47,442 nucleotides of DNA from a virus (taxonomy: Duplodnaviria > Heunggongvirae > Uroviricota > Caudoviricetes): IMG/VR virus record IMGVR_UViG_2909298281_000005, one strand, 5' to 3'. Shown here in pieces: positions 32,398-40,562 of the stretch. Below the pieces are notes generated by a model that was not told the DNA's origin, made no database searches, and saw only the letters and a program-made list of their open reading frames with translations. A program made the translations under genes and the position numbers. Numbering within the stretch: the stretch's first letter is position 1; every line of letters starts with the position of its first letter.

Positions 32398-32418
32398 AAA
32401 AAGCTCGCCGTAGCGAGC
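32398..32418 (-). terminator. rho-independent terminator downstream of lipoprotein genes
   Basis: Minus strand AGCTCGC-TACG-GCGAGCT followed by TTTTT. Confidence 0.55.
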
Positions 32419-32544
32419 TAATAAAATGTATTTCTCTGATATTATGTTTATTTGTATTAGCTCAGACTTGACATCACAGGTTTCGTATATAGAACATCAT
32501 CAAATCTGTCAGTTTGCTATGAATGAGATATAGTAATTGAAGAG

Positions 32545-32940
32545 CTAACCTCGCATGTCAAAGCCAGATTTCTGAAAATCTCTGTAGACTTCCGGATTGT
32601 TGAAGGCCGGAAATTTGGCTTTATGAGCTGCGGACTTTATCGCTTCGCAATAGGCTTTATCACCGTTACTGGTAGATATTTTTAACGCCGTGCCATCCTG
32701 AGAGAATTCCATATGCAACCTGCATATTTTCCCTTTCCAGTTATGCGGCTCATCAAGTTTGGCATTAATTGCAGCTCTGATTCCCCGCGCTTGCGCCCCC
32801 CATTCATCCTGATCATCCCAGCGTCCTGAACTGCAACTACCTGTAGCAGTAGTTTTGTGGCAATCTGAAGGGTGTAAAGGTGTGCATCCCGCAACAAAAC
32901 CGACCCAAAAAGTCAACATAACGATTTTCTTTAATCCCAC
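32545..32940 (-). CDS. lipoprotein with TolA C-terminal-like domain (paralog 1)
   Basis: Signal peptide MGLKKIVMLTFWVGFVAGC (lipobox); C-terminus ...KICRLHMEFSQDGTALKISTSNGDKAYCEAIKSAAHKAKFPAF..PEVYRDFQKSGFD; GTG start with GGAG upstream. Confidence 0.6.
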   Translation of the reverse strand: MGLKKIVMLTFWVGFVAGCTPLHPSDCHKTTATGSCSSGRWDDQDEWGAQARGIRAAINAKLDEPHNWKGKICRLHMEFSQDGTALKISTSNGDKAYCEAIKSAAHKAKFPAFNNPEVYRDFQKSGFDMRG

Positions 32941-33090
32941 TTCTTGCTCCTCAATCCATTAAAATCTCAGCAATAGTAGTTGTTACGTCCGCCACTGGCT
33001 CAGAGCTGACTATCCGCTAAATTTAGCTCAGTGCCGTAGTTGTGTCAGAACAAACCTAAGCCGAAACCGTTTATTACAAAACAATAAATA

Positions 33091-33519
33091 TCAGGGTTTA
33101 AAATCCAGCACCCCATTTTGAAATACTTTATATACTTCCGGCGAAGGGGGGGCAGGTATATCAGCATTCTTTATCGCATTCATCGCTTCACGACATAAAT
33201 CGAGGTCTCCACTTTCTCTTTTAACCTCCAGTAGAAGGCCATTCGGGGCCATATGCATTCTCAGTGTACACTCTTTTCCTGAATACTTACTCGCATCCCC
33301 GAACTGTTTTTCGATGGCGCTCTTGATTTGATGGGCATACAGACGGATATCCTCACTAACATCAGAAGTACGTTCAGATGAACTCACATACTGTGTCTCT
33401 ATTGCTTTATCGGAGTAATATGATGTACGGTCATGATAATTTGTCGATACAGCATCAGTGCACCCGATAATAATCCCACTAATAATCAACGTAAGAATTG
33501 ATGCGCTACGAAAACCCAT
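33091..33519 (-). CDS. lipoprotein with TolA C-terminal (domain III)-like domain (paralog 2)
   Basis: Signal peptide ...ILTLIISGIIIGC; C-terminus YAHQIKSAIEKQFGDASKYSGKECTLRMHMAPNGLLLEVKRESGDLDLCREAMNAIKNADIPAPPSPEVYKVFQNGVLDFKP parallels E. coli TolA C-terminus as recalled. Confidence 0.7.
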   Translation of the reverse strand: MGFRSASILTLIISGIIIGCTDAVSTNYHDRTSYYSDKAIETQYVSSSERTSDVSEDIRLYAHQIKSAIEKQFGDASKYSGKECTLRMHMAPNGLLLEVKRESGDLDLCREAMNAIKNADIPAPPSPEVYKVFQNGVLDFKP

Positions 33520-34052
33520 TTTTCCTCACATATGTCATATAGTAAAGGATTATATATACCGTTGTTTTGGACGCTCAAACAGCGAATCAGATCAAATAAA
33601 ACGCACATTTGTTAACATTTACACAAAGTCTGCGTGGGATATTCTGAAAGAATATCCATAATGTGGAGAGAATCTATTGAAGTGCATGGTGCCGGGTGCC
33701 TCCCGGTGAATTCAGTACCAGCACCTGAATCCGCGATTATCCCATATACCTACTCGCTGATTGCCCCTCCGCACAGGGGGATTCACCATGCCAGTTTCTT
33801 TTAACAAACTCCCCGCAAACCAGAGAACAGTCAACCGCCTGAATTGTGAAGTATTTAAAAATTTCTCCCGCTAACTGATACCCGGCTAACAGTCTGGCGT
33901 TTTCTTTTTCAGCAACGGGAAAGCAACAACCACCACACCCGCCACCAGCACACCGTCAGCCAGCACTGACATTATCCGGCTGCTGCAATGCCATTCACAA
34001 AAACAGTAAGCAATCACTTTTTACCGTAACAGGTGATAATCCAGATATGTAT

Positions 34053-34379
34053 CTACCCCAGATGAGTAATCCGAAGTTCATCCATACCACAGGTCCTGGC
34101 TATTCTGTTGTACTCCTGAACAAGAGCAAATAATTCTGAATTAGCAACCATGAACTCATCGCAAACCCTCTGTATAGCATCACTATTCAGAATAATAACG
34201 TCTCTTCCCGAAAGACGATCAGGAGCACAGAACAAAACTGTCAAACGGCTGAAGGCCTTTGCTCGTGCTGCATTGACTATATCAATACGCTGCCTAAGGA
34301 TGAAACACCCCGACGCCTCATCAATATTCACTCTACCCACACCATATGAATGATAAATATTTAATGCTGAAAAAACCAT
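34053..34379 (-). CDS. hypothetical protein (about 108 aa) between tRNAs and lipoprotein genes
   Basis: ORF only; weak RBS; no recognised domain. Confidence 0.35.
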   Translation of the reverse strand: MVFSALNIYHSYGVGRVNIDEASGCFILRQRIDIVNAARAKAFSRLTVLFCAPDRLSGRDVIILNSDAIQRVCDEFMVANSELFALVQEYNRIARTCGMDELRITHLG

Positions 34380-34516
34380 TAGACCGTATAACAAACACTC
34401 AATCAATACTTAACAGAACTTTTATTTTTGACAAACATATAATATTTTCAACAATATCCTGAGCCAGGTATATTCCAGTATAAGGCTCTGCCGGAAGGAA
34501 TCTGGAAGAATGAATA

Positions 34517-34593
34517 TGGCGCGCTGTACTGGATTCGAACCAGTGACCGATTGCTTAGAAGGCAATTGCTCTGTCCGGCTGAGCTAACAACGC
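34517..34593 (-). tRNA. tRNA-Arg (anticodon UCU)
   Basis: Cloverleaf readable: acceptor GCGTTGT/ACAGCGC, anticodon loop CTTCTAA, T-arm GGTTCGAATCC, 3-prime CCA encoded. Confidence 0.8.
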
Positions 34594-34627
34594 TGAATAC
34601 CGATAATGGACCGCCATCGGGGACCCG

Positions 34628-34640
34628 CCCCCCCCCCCCC
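34628..34640. repeat. homopolymer tract, about 13 C on plus strand (G on the phage coding strand) between the two tRNA genes
   Basis: Read directly from sequence and from the poly-Pro run in the overlapping antisense track ORF. Confidence 0.7.
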
Positions 34641-34701
34641 GCACCAACAACCCTGTTATCGTGTCGTCTGCTCTTCCTGATAAGCTCATGGCGGTTTGTG
34701 A

Positions 34702-34777
34702 TGGTGGCCCTTGCTGGATTTGAACCAGCGACCTGGCGATTATGAGTCGCTCGCTCTCACCACTGAGCTAAAGGACC
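34702..34777 (-). tRNA. tRNA with anticodon CAU (Ile2/lysidine type or Met), ileX/ileZ-like
   Basis: Acceptor GGTCCTT/AAGGGCC, anticodon loop CTCATAA, T-arm GGTTCAAATCC, 3-prime CCA encoded; resembles E. coli ileX as recalled. Confidence 0.75.
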
Positions 34778-34816
34778 GGGAGCAGAATAATAACGGTCCG
34801 TAATTAATTCCGCAAT

Positions 34817-34838
34817 AAAAAACCCGCTCGGTGGCGGG
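34817..34838 (-). terminator. tR'-like terminator downstream of the late promoter
   Basis: Minus strand CCCGC-CACCGA-GCGGG followed by TTTTTT, about 45-60 nt downstream of the promoter-like element. Confidence 0.5.
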
Positions 34839-34887
34839 TTGTAGAAACTCTTCTAACGTCAGGTATAAAAAGCCCATCGTTATGACG

Positions 34888-34915
34888 AATTTACCACAGA
34901 TTCCGGAAAAATCAA
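34888..34915 (-). promoter_or_regulatory. candidate late promoter pR' (-35 TTGATT, 16-nt spacer, -10 TAAATT)
   Basis: Hexamers read on minus strand immediately downstream of the Q-like gene. Confidence 0.4.
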
Positions 34916-34920
34916 CCTTG

Positions 34921-35742
34921 TTACCTAGTTACCTTTTTTAACTGCCGCTCAGCCCATGCTTCTTCAATATCAAACCGGGTCACCAGCGCATCATAGAATT
35001 TCTTAACTGTTTTTTCCCATGACGCGCGTGTTATCTGGTTTGTCACCTCGCATATAGCATTAAATGCCTCCGTTGATGGTAGTCTTTCATAGCCACGACC
35101 ACCACAACGCTGGCAGTCTCTGATAACAGGCATACCACGTTTTACCGACTCTTCACGGTGAATGGCGACACCACGCCCACGGCAATCCTTACAGACGGTG
35201 GAAACCTCACCCTTTCCGCCACACTCCGGACAGGCAACTTTTACCACCTCCCTGACTTTTTTCCATTCTTCCCAGTAAGACGGATACACACCTTTCGTAC
35301 ACTTTGCCCATACCGGCGGCTTACCATCCGGATACTGGACCTTGTTTGTAAAAACTACGCTTTCAATAAATTTTTCCCCATAGCAACAAGGGCACTGCTT
35401 TTTACTCGCTGCGCTGCGGGCATAATCCTCAAAAGCGTACGAAGCCATAATGCGCATCACTAACGGTTTTATTTCTGCCGGAAGTTTTCTCAACGCCGCC
35501 ACACGATCGCACCGACTGAGTGCATAATCTGCCAGTAATTCTGTTGCCCGCGCCCTGTCATTCATACTGATGCCCATTTTCCCCAGGAACGCAGAAAACC
35601 CCATCTCAGCCCGATTCTGTGTCATGCCCTGCGCGGCCATCACATCAGTGATACTCAGCGCATCTTTTGAAGTTGAGGCCGATGCATCGGTCAGGCAAGG
35701 GGATTTTGGGGAGTAGTATTTCGGTAAATCTTCCAGTTTCAT
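34921..35742 (-). CDS. late gene antiterminator Q-like protein (zinc-binding CxxC repeats)
   Basis: 273-aa ORF directly upstream of pR'/tR'-like unit, tRNAs and lysis genes; CPCC.G, CPECGGKG, CKDCRGRG, CQRCGGRG motifs; Qin QuuQ-family suspected. Confidence 0.55.
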   Translation of the reverse strand: MKLEDLPKYYSPKSPCLTDASASTSKDALSITDVMAAQGMTQNRAEMGFSAFLGKMGISMNDRARATELLADYALSRCDRVAALRKLPAEIKPLVMRIMASYAFEDYARSAASKKQCPCCYGEKFIESVVFTNKVQYPDGKPPVWAKCTKGVYPSYWEEWKKVREVVKVACPECGGKGEVSTVCKDCRGRGVAIHREESVKRGMPVIRDCQRCGGRGYERLPSTEAFNAICEVTNQITRASWEKTVKKFYDALVTRFDIEEAWAERQLKKVTR

Positions 35743-36113
35743 TTTTTGACCTGCTCTTCATGCATTATGGGGTAAATCTTCACCCCCAGACGTCCACCAG
35801 ATACTGGCTGACCACGAACGATATTGATTTCATCAAACTGCTCATCGTCCATTAACACTCCCGCATGCGTCAGCGCATCCAGCGGTGCTTTAAGGATATT
35901 GTCCAGGTCGCGACGACGCTTATCCGGTGGCTCTGCAATCACCTTTATCGCCAGCCTTCCGGACAGGCTTAATTTCAGCCGCTGCTGGCGAACAATAAGC
36001 GCCACAGCCCGGCGATAACGCTTTCCCTCCTCCGAGATAAAATATGTGCTGCCACGGCGTCGCCAGTAAGTGTTCACCGTCGGCGGGTAAGGTAAAACCA
36101 AATCTATGAGCAT
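35739..36113 (-). CDS. rusA: Holliday junction resolvase RusA
   Basis: 124-aa ORF with RusA-like motifs (...PDKRRRDLDNILKAPLDALTHAGVLMDD...). Confidence 0.8.
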   Translation of the reverse strand: MLIDLVLPYPPTVNTYWRRRGSTYFISEEGKRYRRAVALIVRQQRLKLSLSGRLAIKVIAEPPDKRRRDLDNILKAPLDALTHAGVLMDDEQFDEINIVRGQPVSGGRLGVKIYPIMHEEQVKK

Positions 36114-36125
36114 CAGTCACCTCTT

Positions 36126-37175
36126 TTACCCAAGCACGCCAGTTGCAAAGGCGTGATCAAGAAAACGAAAGATTAAATCAACCTGAGAACCATGCTTTTC
36201 TTCGAACGCCAGCGGATCCGCATGAAGCTCGTTGTGATGCTCCCGACACAGCGGTAGCGTGAAAATATCGTGAGATTTTGTCCCCATTCCGCCCTGACCA
36301 TGACCAATCAGGTGATGGGGATCGTCGGCTGGCTTACCACAACACGCACACGGCTGTGTCTTCACCCAGCGTGTGTATTTCTCGTTAACCCAGCGGCGAC
36401 GTTTAGGTCGTTTCATGAAAGATTCCGGAGACTCAGGATCAACGGCAATGCTTACCACCGTCTTTTCCTGTAGTGGGTGTTGTTCCTGGTGGGCGTGAGG
36501 CAACAGTGCAAGATTTTTTGTGCGCTGCTTCAGTATGCTGGTGGCGGTCTGCTCTCCCGGTACGATGTCGCTTTCACGGTACATTGAGCGGATTTTTTCC
36601 GCACGCAACCCCAGCGAACGACGTAATACCGCTTCCGGTAGCGCGTCCGCCACCTGATTGCGGACCGCCCACCAGGATAATTCAGCCAGCGATAATTCCC
36701 GTTCCTGCGAGCCATTCATTGCATGGAGTATGACGTCAATCATCCATGCAGACAGGTTTTGGTGAGCAAGTTGCCCGAGTGATTCGGAGGTCTGGTCGCG
36801 CAGCTGGTTGTCGCAGTGCCAGCACAACACCATTGCGCCGGTACCATAACGGTGAATGACGGTTTCACTGTGGTGATAATCGCCGTGTGGCCACTGGCAG
36901 GATTTAACATGGCGCAGTAACCAGTCAGACAATGCGCCAGCGCCACCAGCAGCACGAATCACTCGTTCGTCGCTGAAAAATGGCAGTAATGATTTATCCT
37001 CCGCCAGCGGCTGGCGAACGGCAGGAACGACCCCGGACGACAGATTACGCATGCTTTTCGGTTCCGGCTCCACCAGTACCCGGGTATTGTGGAATACCGG
37101 CATGGATTCACGGCCCGGCTTAACGATCACCAGCCCGAGTTCCGGTACCAGAACAGGTCGAAGTAATACCCGCAC
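36126..37175 (-). CDS. nin-region protein with C-terminal HNH-like motif (DUF968 / YdfU-like)
   Basis: 349-aa ORF; C-terminal ...CACCGKPADDPHHLIGHGQGGMGTKSHD...CREHHNELH; true start may be internal. Confidence 0.5.
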   Translation of the reverse strand: MRVLLRPVLVPELGLVIVKPGRESMPVFHNTRVLVEPEPKSMRNLSSGVVPAVRQPLAEDKSLLPFFSDERVIRAAGGAGALSDWLLRHVKSCQWPHGDYHHSETVIHRYGTGAMVLCWHCDNQLRDQTSESLGQLAHQNLSAWMIDVILHAMNGSQERELSLAELSWWAVRNQVADALPEAVLRRSLGLRAEKIRSMYRESDIVPGEQTATSILKQRTKNLALLPHAHQEQHPLQEKTVVSIAVDPESPESFMKRPKRRRWVNEKYTRWVKTQPCACCGKPADDPHHLIGHGQGGMGTKSHDIFTLPLCREHHNELHADPLAFEEKHGSQVDLIFRFLDHAFATGVLG

Positions 37176-37176
37176 G

Positions 37177-37455
37177 TTACCTCCAGATACGTTGCTGGAA
37201 TGTGCGGGACGGACGCGGTGGCCGTTCGGAGTAAGGGAGCCTGACGGAGATTATCCAGTGACGGTAGTCGAGGCTAAGGGCTTTTTTAACCTCGCATCCG
37301 CGCCTGCGGTAACACTGAATGAGCCATTCGGCCTGTTCTTCAGTGCATGGGGGATGCTGGTACCAGTCTGACTTAAATGCATGAGAATACCGCTCGTGCG
37401 TGTGGGCAAGAACGGTCGAATTATCATGATTGTAATATTTTGCGTTGCGTGCCAT
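37177..37455 (-). CDS. hypothetical nin-region protein (92 aa, Cys-containing)
   Basis: ORF only; position upstream of the DUF968-like gene. Confidence 0.35.
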   Translation of the reverse strand: MARNAKYYNHDNSTVLAHTHERYSHAFKSDWYQHPPCTEEQAEWLIQCYRRRGCEVKKALSLDYRHWIISVRLPYSERPPRPSRTFQQRIWR

Positions 37456-37521
37456 CGGTTTTCTCCGGTGGCACGGTGTTACTCAGCGGGAGTTCAGCCC
37501 CGCGCAAGATTGTAGATGAGT

Positions 37522-37773
37522 TTATTCTTCTGAAAAAGCAGAAAAGCCAGCTTTTATTCCGATCTCTTTCAATGCCTGTAATGAAGTGACAAACTCACCG
37601 TCGCGCAAGATAAATCCGTCCGTCACTCGGGCATCCACAAAATTAATTAACGCAGCCCCATTTTTTTGCAAACACACAATGCGGTAATGACTAACAATAT
37701 TTCCATTTTCAACGCACACAGCATAGAGGCCATCTTCACAAAAAATTTTACGCAGTTCTTCGATGTTCATCAT
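37522..37773 (-). CDS. hypothetical protein (83 aa), possibly Rem-like
   Basis: Size and position (between hokD and ydfU-like) match Qin rem as recalled. Confidence 0.4.
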   Translation of the reverse strand: MMNIEELRKIFCEDGLYAVCVENGNIVSHYRIVCLQKNGAALINFVDARVTDGFILRDGEFVTSLQALKEIGIKAGFSAFSEE

Positions 37774-37989
37774 CAGAATCCTTCCGGATAATTAGCTCTC
37801 CCCTTTAAGGGACCATCCCTCTTATCCCTGCGCGCTACTTAAGTATTTTTGATTCTATTCCGGCACCGTCCAGAACTTCAAACGCGTTGAAAATAAAAAC
37901 AAAAACCCGCCGAAGCGGGTTAAGTGCGGGTGCGTTGAGGATGCCTGCCACATCAGAGGTGGCGAGGGATTTCTCCCTCGCCGGGTCTC

Positions 37990-38145
37990 TTACTCCTCAG
38001 GTTCGTAAGCTGTGAAGACAGCGACCTCCGTCTGGCCGGTTCGGATTCGTACCTCGCAGAGGTCTTTCCTCGTTACCAGTGCCGTCACTATGACGGTTAA
38101 ACAGATGACGATCAGGGCGATTAGCATCGCCTTTTGCTGCTTCAT
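37990..38145 (-). CDS. hokD: Hok family toxin HokD-like (51 aa)
   Basis: MKQQKAMLIALIVICLTVIVTALVTRKDLCEVRIRTGQTEVAVFTAYEPEE; track ORF has an in-frame 19-codon upstream extension. Confidence 0.8.
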   Translation of the reverse strand: MKQQKAMLIALIVICLTVIVTALVTRKDLCEVRIRTGQTEVAVFTAYEPEE

Positions 38146-38887
38146 AGCCTGCTTCTCCTTGCCTTTCGGCACGTAAGAGGCTAACCTACGTGTGTAGAGC
38201 ATAGATATGGCCTCAGATTAATGTTAAGCGTCTTGCCGGACGCGTAATGTTAACTGGGGCTTTTCTCTATCTGCCTTTGGTGTTGATGCCCGAGGCAGAT
38301 AGCCTCAAGCACCCGCAGCAATTCTACTTAACTACCGTTACCTCGCCAATATGAAATCAATCAGAAAGGTGATCCATAAGAACAACAGCAAGACAATAAA
38401 TTGCCATTACAGCAGCAATAGCCAGCGCACATTTGAGAACCAGCACCACAACCTCCTGTATTGGACGTACACCAGTCCTGATAAATATGAGGCTGTCTCG
38501 TCAGTGATTCAATACAACTACTGGGTATAGTTTCTATGATTTTGTTCTGTGGAAATGGAAAACAGCAACCAGTCACCACCAGCACTTCTTTAAACATGCC
38601 AAGTCACACGCAAGCCAACATTATAGTTCCCTTTGAGCGAGCAGATGAAGCTAGCAAAAATATTGATCACTTAGGATGCATTACTAACGTTGCTATGTGT
38701 TAACGAACAGGGAGTGGGTCATCAGCATAAATATTTATGCAGTAGGTTTCTTTTAGGACTAAATTAATCAAAAACATTTAGATAAAATTATAAAATCAAG
38801 AAATTGGTGGCAATTAATCTTTAATTGTGCCAGCTGAATTTCGTTATTATAGAAGATTAGCTTTTTTTTGAATGTTTGGAGAGTAAA

Positions 38888-39582
38888 ATGTTAGAACCAC
38901 CAAAGAGTTATAATGAAATGTTGCCTATGCTCCATAAGGCGACTTTTATTACTACATTTATATTTTACCTATCATTAGTCATTTATGGCTACATGCCATT
39001 GGTTGGCATTAATGCCAAGTATATCCCCCCGTTAAAGACTACGAGGAATTTATTAAATGGATATTAACCTTTGGCATATTACCAATTGCATCTTCAGTTT
39101 TTTGGTCAGTAATTAGTGGAGCTTTAGATCTACATAATAATGTAGCAAAAATTATTGGAATAAGGAAGATGTGGGATAGTCATTTAATTATTAAACCATT
39201 AGCAAAAATTGCAGGCGTTACGAGAAAATTAACTACTGATGAATCTCACAAGGTAATGAGTAAACTGTATTACCCAGAAGTTAAAGAGTTAAAAGACAAA
39301 CATTACGTTGAACTTTTCTGGAACAAAGTTTATTACTTTTGGGTTTTCTTTGAACATACAGTAATCGCATTTGTTACTATTTTAATAATAAGTATCGCCA
39401 AATTAACAAATATATTCTCTGTTACTGGCTCTTTAATTAATCTTTGGTTGTGGATTATTTCTCTTGTCGCATTTGACTTCCTTATTTTCATAGCATCAGT
39501 TAAACCAAGAACAGAAAGCCAAGTAAGACAAATACCTGATAGCAAAATAAAAGAATTCTTTAACAATAACAATATTTTTTAA
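38888..39582 (+). CDS. predicted 4-TM membrane protein, reading frame broken at a C6 run (39025-39030); appears as two track ORFs
   Basis: Track ORFs 38876..39067 and 39169..39582 are in adjacent frames; the second frame is open and hydrophobic from 39013; adding one C restores about 231 aa; GGAGAG upstream of ATG 38888. Confidence 0.5.
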
Positions 39583-39594
39583 ACGAGGTTGATT

Positions 39595-40248
39595 TTGAAT
39601 TACAAAATAAATGGAATAAACATACGTTCAGAAAATGCAGCGAAACCGCACACTATGCCATCTAACTATCTCTGTAAACAGATTGAAAGCACTAATAAAA
39701 ATGGCAATGCCCTTGATTTTGGATGTGGAAAACTTAGATATTCAGAACAATTAGTAAATAAATTTGAAACTGTGACATTTTTAGATTCCAGAAGACAACT
39801 AGAAAGAGTGCAAATTATCAGAGGTGTACAAACCACGATTCCAGATTACGTGATAAATAACTATAAGAATGCTAATATTGTTTCTTATGAAAATATAGAT
39901 AAAATAACAAATCATTATGATTTCATACTTTGCGCAAACGTGCTTTCCGCAATTCCATGTGAATCCACAATTCACAAAGTCCTCAGTGCGATTAGAGAAT
40001 TATTAAAGAGTGATGGTGAAGCACTGATTGTCAATCAATACAAAAGTTCTTATTTCAAGAGGTACGAGAGCGGTATTAAACATTTGCATGGGTATATATA
40101 CCAAAACTCTCGTAATGCTTTCTACTATGGTTTATTAGATGTGGATACTGTAAGTAAAATATGCTCAGATAATAATTTAGAAATAATAAAATCATGGAGC
40201 AAAGCAGGTAGTTCATATGTGGTTGTTGGTAAACATATACATATTTAG
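39595..40248 (+). CDS. class I SAM-dependent methyltransferase (substrate unknown)
   Basis: Motif I-like LDFGCGKLRYS near N-terminus, downstream acidic/hydrophobic motifs; starts 7-13 nt after membrane protein stop with GAGG upstream; no DNA-MTase DPPY/NPPY motif seen. Confidence 0.6.
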   Translation: MNYKINGINIRSENAAKPHTMPSNYLCKQIESTNKNGNALDFGCGKLRYSEQLVNKFETVTFLDSRRQLERVQIIRGVQTTIPDYVINNYKNANIVSYENIDKITNHYDFILCANVLSAIPCESTIHKVLSAIRELLKSDGEALIVNQYKSSYFKRYESGIKHLHGYIYQNSRNAFYYGLLDVDTVSKICSDNNLEIIKSWSKAGSSYVVVGKHIHI

Positions 40249-40562
40249 TTTATTTCAACAAATTATTAGAAAGAGTGATTTGCTTGTTAATTATTAGCTC
40301 GGCAGTGCCGGATCAACATGACCCTGCCACTTAGGCCATTGCCGGTTTACCTACTTTTGTAAGGTTCAGCATGAAGTTTTTATATACTCTTCCTAATATC
40401 AATAGTGATGCTCGCTTATGTTAGCTGCTTCTTGTACATAGTAGCCTTCTCCGACAGTACTGCAATGAGCGGAGAGTAAAAGTCGATAAACAATAAGGAG
40501 GTTCACAATAAATATTTCTCGGTGAAACTTTCAAAGCATTCTCTGTTTTGCTAAATCGACAA

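Noticed and set aside
33889-33972. Hand-read 28-aa hydrophobic peptide ORF (MSVLADGVLVAGVVVVAFPLLKKKTPDC) on the minus strand
   Set aside because: No convincing RBS and too short to assess from sequence alone; noted only as a possible small membrane peptide.
32294-34516. Looked for Shiga toxin genes at the Q/tRNA-to-holin locus
   Set aside because: The Q-tRNA-lysis arrangement resembles Stx phages, but the ORFs here are the small hypothetical protein and two lipoproteins; nothing resembling StxA/StxB in size or sequence.
34551-34745. 64-aa plus-strand ORF with poly-proline
   Set aside because: Antisense to the two tRNA genes and the poly-C tract; an artefact of the homopolymer.
38361-38597. 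78-aa Cys-rich minus-strand ORF
   Set aside because: Odd composition (runs of C, G, S), no RBS, no coding-like periodicity; likely spurious.
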